Program-made: the position numbers and the translations under genes | IMG/VR virus record: IMGVR_UViG_3300046055_000010 | Span: 1-48,184 of that record | Reading direction: 5' to 3' (one strand) | DNA: 48,184 nucleotides | Source: a virus | Taxonomy: Duplodnaviria > Caudoviricetes | Notes under the pieces: generated by a model | What the model saw: the letters and a program-made list of their open reading frames with translations, nothing else | The model's database searches: none | What the model was told of the DNA's origin: nothing | Shown here: in pieces, positions 43,921 to 48,184 of the stretch | How the letters are laid out: every line of letters begins with the position of its first letter | Position numbering within the stretch: position 1 is the first letter of the stretch

Positions 43921-44460
43921 TTATCCACTCGTATCTGCATGGTTAAATAGAGCGGAGAACTCGTAACGGTACAAGTCGTCTTGTTCCGGCGTAGCGGTCC
44001 GCTCCACGTCGTCTACGCCCATCGAGCGGAAAATAACCTCGCCGGTTCCGGGGTCGTAGTAGCCGTTCGCGTAATCCGTGATTACGCTGGCAGCGTTTTT
44101 CGCAAGCATGTACGACACCTGCTTCCCCGACGCGCGCCCGGCGTCGATCGTTGATTGAGTCGCACGCGAACGCACGTCGCTGTCTTTCACCCATGCGTTA
44201 ACGAGCGCGTAGCCCGTCCATATCCGACCGACCCCGCCCGTTCCCGTCCCGCTGGTATATCCCGTCGAACCGCCGTCTAAGACGCCTTCCGATGGGTTTG
44301 TGACCGTTATTTGCGGGCGACTGGTTTGGTCATCCCACCATCCCGTGCTTATCTCAGGCTGGCGAATGTCCTTGTCGTCTTCTTCGGTAATCGCGCTACC
44401 GAACGGATAGTCCTGAGCGAGAATCATGCGGATGCGCGTGTCGGCCGGTATATCCAGCAT
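43921..44460 (-). CDS. Putative tail terminator/completion protein
   Basis: Position after neck genes; RPQITV...LYRYEFSALF. Confidence 0.55.
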   Translation of the reverse strand: MLDIPADTRIRMILAQDYPFGSAITEEDDKDIRQPEISTGWWDDQTSRPQITVTNPSEGVLDGGSTGYTSGTGTGGVGRIWTGYALVNAWVKDSDVRSRATQSTIDAGRASGKQVSYMLAKNAASVITDYANGYYDPGTGEVIFRSMGVDDVERTATPEQDDLYRYEFSALFNHADTSG

Positions 44461-44461
44461 C

Positions 44462-44932
44462 TTATTCCAACACCGCCTGAATGTGGATTAGTCCGTTGAT
44501 GGATTCGCGGACGGCCCGGACTACCTCGTACTCGTCTATCACGTCGTCGGGAATGTCGTCGCCGTTCGCGTCGGTCTTGCGATTGCCCTCCGAATCGAAG
44601 GGGTCGGTAGCCAGCCGAGCAATCCGCGTTTGGTCTATCGCTACGTCGGCGTCCATTCGGTCGCGCACTTCGTCGCGGCTATCGAGCAAATCAGCGTGGA
44701 CGTAGATAACGGCGTCCGCTTCGACCGATTCGCCGAACGGAGTATCCGTTTCTTGGCTTGCGGTCGGTTCGCGGAATTGCGCCCGGCGGTAGACCGTTTC
44801 CTGAGTCGTTACCGGGTCGCCGTCCATCGTCCGATCGCCCGTATCGAAGCTGTTCGTCAGACGCGCCGGTTCGCCTTCGCGCCGAATCATTTGTTCGGCC
44901 CCGGCGCGCGTTGCGCTTCTTACCATGATCAT
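44462..44932 (-). CDS. Putative head-closure/head-tail joining protein
   Basis: Position and size; start may be 44926. Confidence 0.55.
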   Translation of the reverse strand: MIMVRSATRAGAEQMIRREGEPARLTNSFDTGDRTMDGDPVTTQETVYRRAQFREPTASQETDTPFGESVEADAVIYVHADLLDSRDEVRDRMDADVAIDQTRIARLATDPFDSEGNRKTDANGDDIPDDVIDEYEVVRAVRESINGLIHIQAVLE

Positions 44933-44958
44933 TCCCTCGGAGTGTGTTCGTCCATTAT

Positions 44959-45297
44959 TTACCTCTTGACAGCTTTGATTGAACCCTTTAGCGTCCCAGT
45001 ATCCACCGGAACCAGCCGCTTAGCTTCCGCTTCGATAGCGAGCGCCAAATCCCGGAGCGCTTCGTTCAACGACGATGCGGCCGATACGATTCGGCCCATG
45101 TTCCGCTTGACCTTTGCGAGCGCTGGTCGCAGGTACGGTTGTGCTTTCTGGCTTGAAGTTCCAAATTCGACATATGCACTATATTCTACATTAGTTCCCA
45201 CGACCCAATCAGCCGGCGCTTGGAACTTCCCCAGCAGGTACTGAAAGGAGTTGATTACGTCCGCTGCCCCGAACAAGGACATGCCGACTTTGACCAT
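44959..45297 (-). CDS. HK97 gp10-like neck/tail-completion protein, motif order permuted
   Basis: VGTNVEYSAYVEFGT..AQPYLRPA and AKRLVPVDTGTLKGSI. Confidence 0.8.
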   Translation of the reverse strand: MVKVGMSLFGAADVINSFQYLLGKFQAPADWVVGTNVEYSAYVEFGTSSQKAQPYLRPALAKVKRNMGRIVSAASSLNEALRDLALAIEAEAKRLVPVDTGTLKGSIKAVKR

Positions 45298-45313
45298 GAG
45301 CGGGGACCTCCGA

Positions 45314-45739
45314 CTACCGGTAGCTTCGCCGGTTTTCTCGGCGGTTCTGCTGTCGTTTCGAGCCGCGAACGTTACCCGTCCGAAGCGACGCGGACTTCTC
45401 CTTTGAGTTATCCAGCGCGTCCGTCGGGTCCAACTGGATGGCTATTTCTCCATACGACGTTTCGCGCAACCAGTCCGCGCGGTAGGATTCTCCCCGCTCG
45501 GTTTCCTTCCGGCCGGCCTGACCGGTAGCGTAGTGCGCCGCCAGATACACGTGAATGTCCGCCAGCCGGTCGTCTGAGACCGGCGTACCGGACGCTTTCG
45601 CCGCGGCTTCTACGTCCGCCACGAGGTTAGAAGCCGCTTCTATGTGCTTTCCTAACGCCGTATTAGTAATCGGCGCGGCTTCTCCCTCGAAAATCCCGCG
45701 AACGTCATCGGGATTCACGTCGGTGCTAACGTCGGCCAT
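45314..45739 (-). CDS. Head-tail adaptor protein
   Basis: YLAAHY...LRETSYGEIAIQLDPT; downstream of the capsid gene. Confidence 0.7.
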   Translation of the reverse strand: MADVSTDVNPDDVRGIFEGEAAPITNTALGKHIEAASNLVADVEAAAKASGTPVSDDRLADIHVYLAAHYATGQAGRKETERGESYRADWLRETSYGEIAIQLDPTDALDNSKEKSASLRTGNVRGSKRQQNRRENRRSYR

Positions 45740-45748
45740 TCGCGGCTG

Positions 45749-46354
45749 TTACCCGTCCGCTTGCTGTTCTTGTTTCTCAGCGAGCGCTTCGCGGAGTTGA
45801 TCGTTCGATTCGCGCCCGTCCACGTCGTCGTAGCCGCTTGCGAGGTCGCGGAGTTCGTCGCGGTCGGCTTCATCCAGATTCGCCTGTTGAAGTTCCGCAT
45901 CGTTCGCGGTCGAATCGTCGGCTGAATCGGCGTCGTCGGCCCCGTCCGCACCGAGCGGTTCGGGTTGTGCGCCCTCGCTCGTATCAGCTTCGTCCGGGGC
46001 GGACACGTCGGACGTATCGCTTTCGGTGCTCGGGTCCGGGTCGCCGCCCGTTTCTACCGTATCCTCGCCGTAGGCGTCCCCTGTCCGATGGGTTGCCTTC
46101 GGCGTTCCGGGCGCTGTCTGTCGGTCGTAGCCCGGCGGCAGGTCGGACGCGGAACGGTCGGCGTCTTCCGGGTCGTATTCCATGGTCGTTTCGGCGTCCG
46201 TCGGCCGGAACGATTGGGAAAACGGAGCGAGCGCCGTATCCGTGAGTTGGCCGTCTTCGTTCGTTTCGATCGCAATTACGTCCCCATTCGAGATGACTCC
46301 GCCGCTTGCGAGCGAAACGCCTGTTCCCTCGTACCGATAATTTTGCTTGCTCAT
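45749..46354 (-). CDS. Acidic protein with C-terminal helix-extension-helix-like motif
   Basis: LDEADRDELRDLA...SNDQLREAL; immediately after the major capsid gene. Confidence 0.65.
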   Translation of the reverse strand: MSKQNYRYEGTGVSLASGGVISNGDVIAIETNEDGQLTDTALAPFSQSFRPTDAETTMEYDPEDADRSASDLPPGYDRQTAPGTPKATHRTGDAYGEDTVETGGDPDPSTESDTSDVSAPDEADTSEGAQPEPLGADGADDADSADDSTANDAELQQANLDEADRDELRDLASGYDDVDGRESNDQLREALAEKQEQQADG

Positions 46355-46390
46355 GATTGGTGTTGTGTTCGCTTGGGTTTCGTGTTCTGT

Positions 46391-47554
46391 TTACAGGCCC
46401 GTAAGGTGAGCGACGCCCATTTGACCCTCTTGGGTGGACGTAAGCTTGAGGTTCATTGCAGCGAGAACCTTCATATACATTACCCACCCGTGGGGAGCTT
46501 CCCATTGGACGGGCTGAATGTCTTCTGCGATACCGACTTCCACAACGTCGGTACTCGGCTGAAACATGAGCGCCTGTCCGTCGGGGATATGCTTGCTAAC
46601 GCGAACGCGACCGAGTTCGGTGTCGAACTCCTCGGCGATTCGCGTCCGCATGTTCGTTTCGCCGCTGAATCCGCCGCCGAAGTCGGCGAGAAGGCGACGA
46701 AGGCGCTGCCATTCGCGCCGGGCCATGTAAAGGTAGTAGCCCCCGGCGTCGTACTCGTCGTTTTCCATCTGCTCGATAGCCGCGAGAAGGTCGGCGCGGA
46801 CGTTATCGGCGTCGTTCCCGTCGTCGTCGGCCCATCCCGAGCCCGTAATCTGATTACGGTCCGGGTGCGTCAGAAAGCCGGGCATGGTGTACCCGTCGAT
46901 CGGGGTGCTGATACCATTCAGCATGGCGTATTCGATGGTCGAAGCGACCGCACGGGTCATCCCCGCCGACGCCCGCCGTCCAATATCCATGCCGCCCGCG
47001 TTCCGCGACGAAAGGAGAAGGCGGCGGTCGATGCGCCAATCCTTCTGAAACATCCACATCGGCGCGCCTGCAAGACCGAACCCGCCGGGGTCTTCCTCGT
47101 TCGTATCGGTCGCCGGGTTCATGGTAATGTCCGCGTCTTCGGACATGCGACCCATCGTCTGCCAACGAGTAACGAGGTTCGCAATGTCCTCGCTGGTCCC
47201 CAGCCCGGCTTCCCGAAGGTCGCTAACGAGGTTCAGCGCCCGCTTGCGGACTTCAACGATACGATCATTGATTTCCTTCCACTCGTCATACCGGAGTTCG
47301 CCGTAGTTCGCGTAGAAGTTGTCGCGCGGCTCCCCATGATCGAGCATGAGGTACTGGAAGCCCAAATCGCCGCCGCTCTTGGACTGAAAGCCCTGATTCG
47401 TCGCTTCGCCGAATTGCGTTTGCGGGCCGGCCGCATACGCTTCGGACTGCTGATTTACTCGCCCGCCACCGGACGCTGCCGCCGCGCCGCCGTCGGTAAC
47501 GATTCTTCGCCCGCGGTCTATCGCGTTCTGCTTCTGACTGTTTCGTTCGTTCAT
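46391..47554 (-). CDS. Major capsid protein (HK97 fold, linocin/encapsulin-like)
   Basis: 387 aa; LRYDEWKEIND, KDWRIDRRLL, GFLTHPDR; gene order. Confidence 0.85.
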   Translation of the reverse strand: MNERNSQKQNAIDRGRRIVTDGGAAAASGGGRVNQQSEAYAAGPQTQFGEATNQGFQSKSGGDLGFQYLMLDHGEPRDNFYANYGELRYDEWKEINDRIVEVRKRALNLVSDLREAGLGTSEDIANLVTRWQTMGRMSEDADITMNPATDTNEEDPGGFGLAGAPMWMFQKDWRIDRRLLLSSRNAGGMDIGRRASAGMTRAVASTIEYAMLNGISTPIDGYTMPGFLTHPDRNQITGSGWADDDGNDADNVRADLLAAIEQMENDEYDAGGYYLYMARREWQRLRRLLADFGGGFSGETNMRTRIAEEFDTELGRVRVSKHIPDGQALMFQPSTDVVEVGIAEDIQPVQWEAPHGWVMYMKVLAAMNLKLTSTQEGQMGVAHLTGL

Positions 47555-48039
47555 TACAGGACCTCCAAGATAATCAGCGACGTTTCACCCACGGCTGTCG
47601 TAATCGCTTCGCGGGCGAGGTAATACGGCGAATCCTTTTCCTCGCCGCCAGCGGTATCGAGCGGTCGAACGCCGCCCTCGCCGTCAGATACCAGCCGGGT
47701 TTCACCCGCGGTGGTATCGCTGTCTTCCGCAAGCCGACCGAGAATCCGGTTGCCCGTGCTAACACGAGCGCACTCCACGAAGTCACCCGCTTCGACCGTT
47801 TCGTTGATCGCTTCGGCGGCGTCGTCTTCAACGTCGCCGTACCACGCCTGCTTTTTGACGACGTATGGTGAGAACTCGCCGTCCACGTCGTGGGCTTTGA
47901 GTTCGACCGTTTCGCCGTCCACACCGACCGATGCGATTGCAGCGAGCATCGCCGGTTGGAGCGTTTCACCGGCCGCTACGTCGCCGTCTTCGCGCCCGGC
48001 GGGTGGCCCGCCCATGAGAGGTTTGTTCTTGTTGACCAT
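47554..48039 (-). CDS. Putative capsid decoration/cement protein
   Basis: 161 aa before the major capsid gene; LVSDGEGGV motif. Confidence 0.65.
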   Translation of the reverse strand: MVNKNKPLMGGPPAGREDGDVAAGETLQPAMLAAIASVGVDGETVELKAHDVDGEFSPYVVKKQAWYGDVEDDAAEAINETVEAGDFVECARVSTGNRILGRLAEDSDTTAGETRLVSDGEGGVRPLDTAGGEEKDSPYYLAREAITTAVGETSLIILEVL

Positions 48040-48184
48040 TATTCACTGTCCTCCGTTTCGCCGCCGTCGGTTACTACGCCGTCGCCGGCATGATTCGCGC
48101 TGATTGGCTCGCTACCCCAGCCTTCGTCTTCGTCTTCGCCGTCGCCCGGCGTCATACCGCCGACCTGTCCCGCAAAGCCGCTGT
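48039..48184 (-). CDS. 3' end of a truncated acidic gene (expected prohead protease/scaffold)
   Basis: Open frame ...GQVGGMTPGDGEDEDEGWG...VVTDGGETEDSE*, TAATG overlap with the next start. Confidence 0.6.
   Translation of the reverse strand, partial: SGFAGQVGGMTPGDGEDEDEGWGSEPISANHAGDGVVTDGGETEDSE

Larger units (their letters stand above)
1..48184. mobile_element. Haloarchaeal tailed virus (siphovirus-like) genome or provirus, nearly complete
   Basis: Terminase, portal, MuF, capsid, neck, tail tube, tape measure and tail-spike genes; acidic proteome; no sheath gene seen. Confidence 0.92.

Noticed and set aside
45965-47623. 552-aa plus-strand ORF and similar long antisense ORFs (e.g. 39667-40692, 41003-41737, 18217-19062)
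   Set aside because: Antisense shadows of well-supported genes, Arg/Val-rich and non-acidic, expected in high-GC DNA.

Overview
The window is most of the genome of a tailed (siphovirus-like) virus or provirus of halophilic archaea. This rests on the high GC, the strongly acidic proteins, TATA-like boxes about 27 nt upstream of leaderless start codons, and many small Cys-rich proteins. The minus strand carries the morphogenesis genes: TerS, TerL, portal, MuF-like protein, major capsid, neck proteins, membrane/lysis-like genes, tail tube, a -1 frameshifted tail chaperone, tape measure and tail/receptor-binding proteins. The plus strand (about 14-26 kb) carries an early/accessory region with a MoxR/CbbQ-like AAA ATPase and its vWA partner. 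A tyrosine recombinase lies inside the tail-fibre module, and there is a non-canonical tRNA-Gln(TTG). I could not recognise any polymerase, helicase, primase or Orc1/Cdc6 gene. The most unusual signal is a set of five otherwise unrelated genes inserted between core structural genes. All start with the same DNA-conserved leader MARTPT(Q/E)A, and four sit behind a shared promoter layout with the palindrome GTGTAAC-N6-GTTACAC abutting the TATA box. Other signals are a second 17-bp operator (GGTCCGT-N3-ACGGACC, at least 14 copies), a candidate origin with long inverted repeats, and several G-U-supported structured non-coding regions. All product calls come from motif recognition and gene order only; no searches were run.
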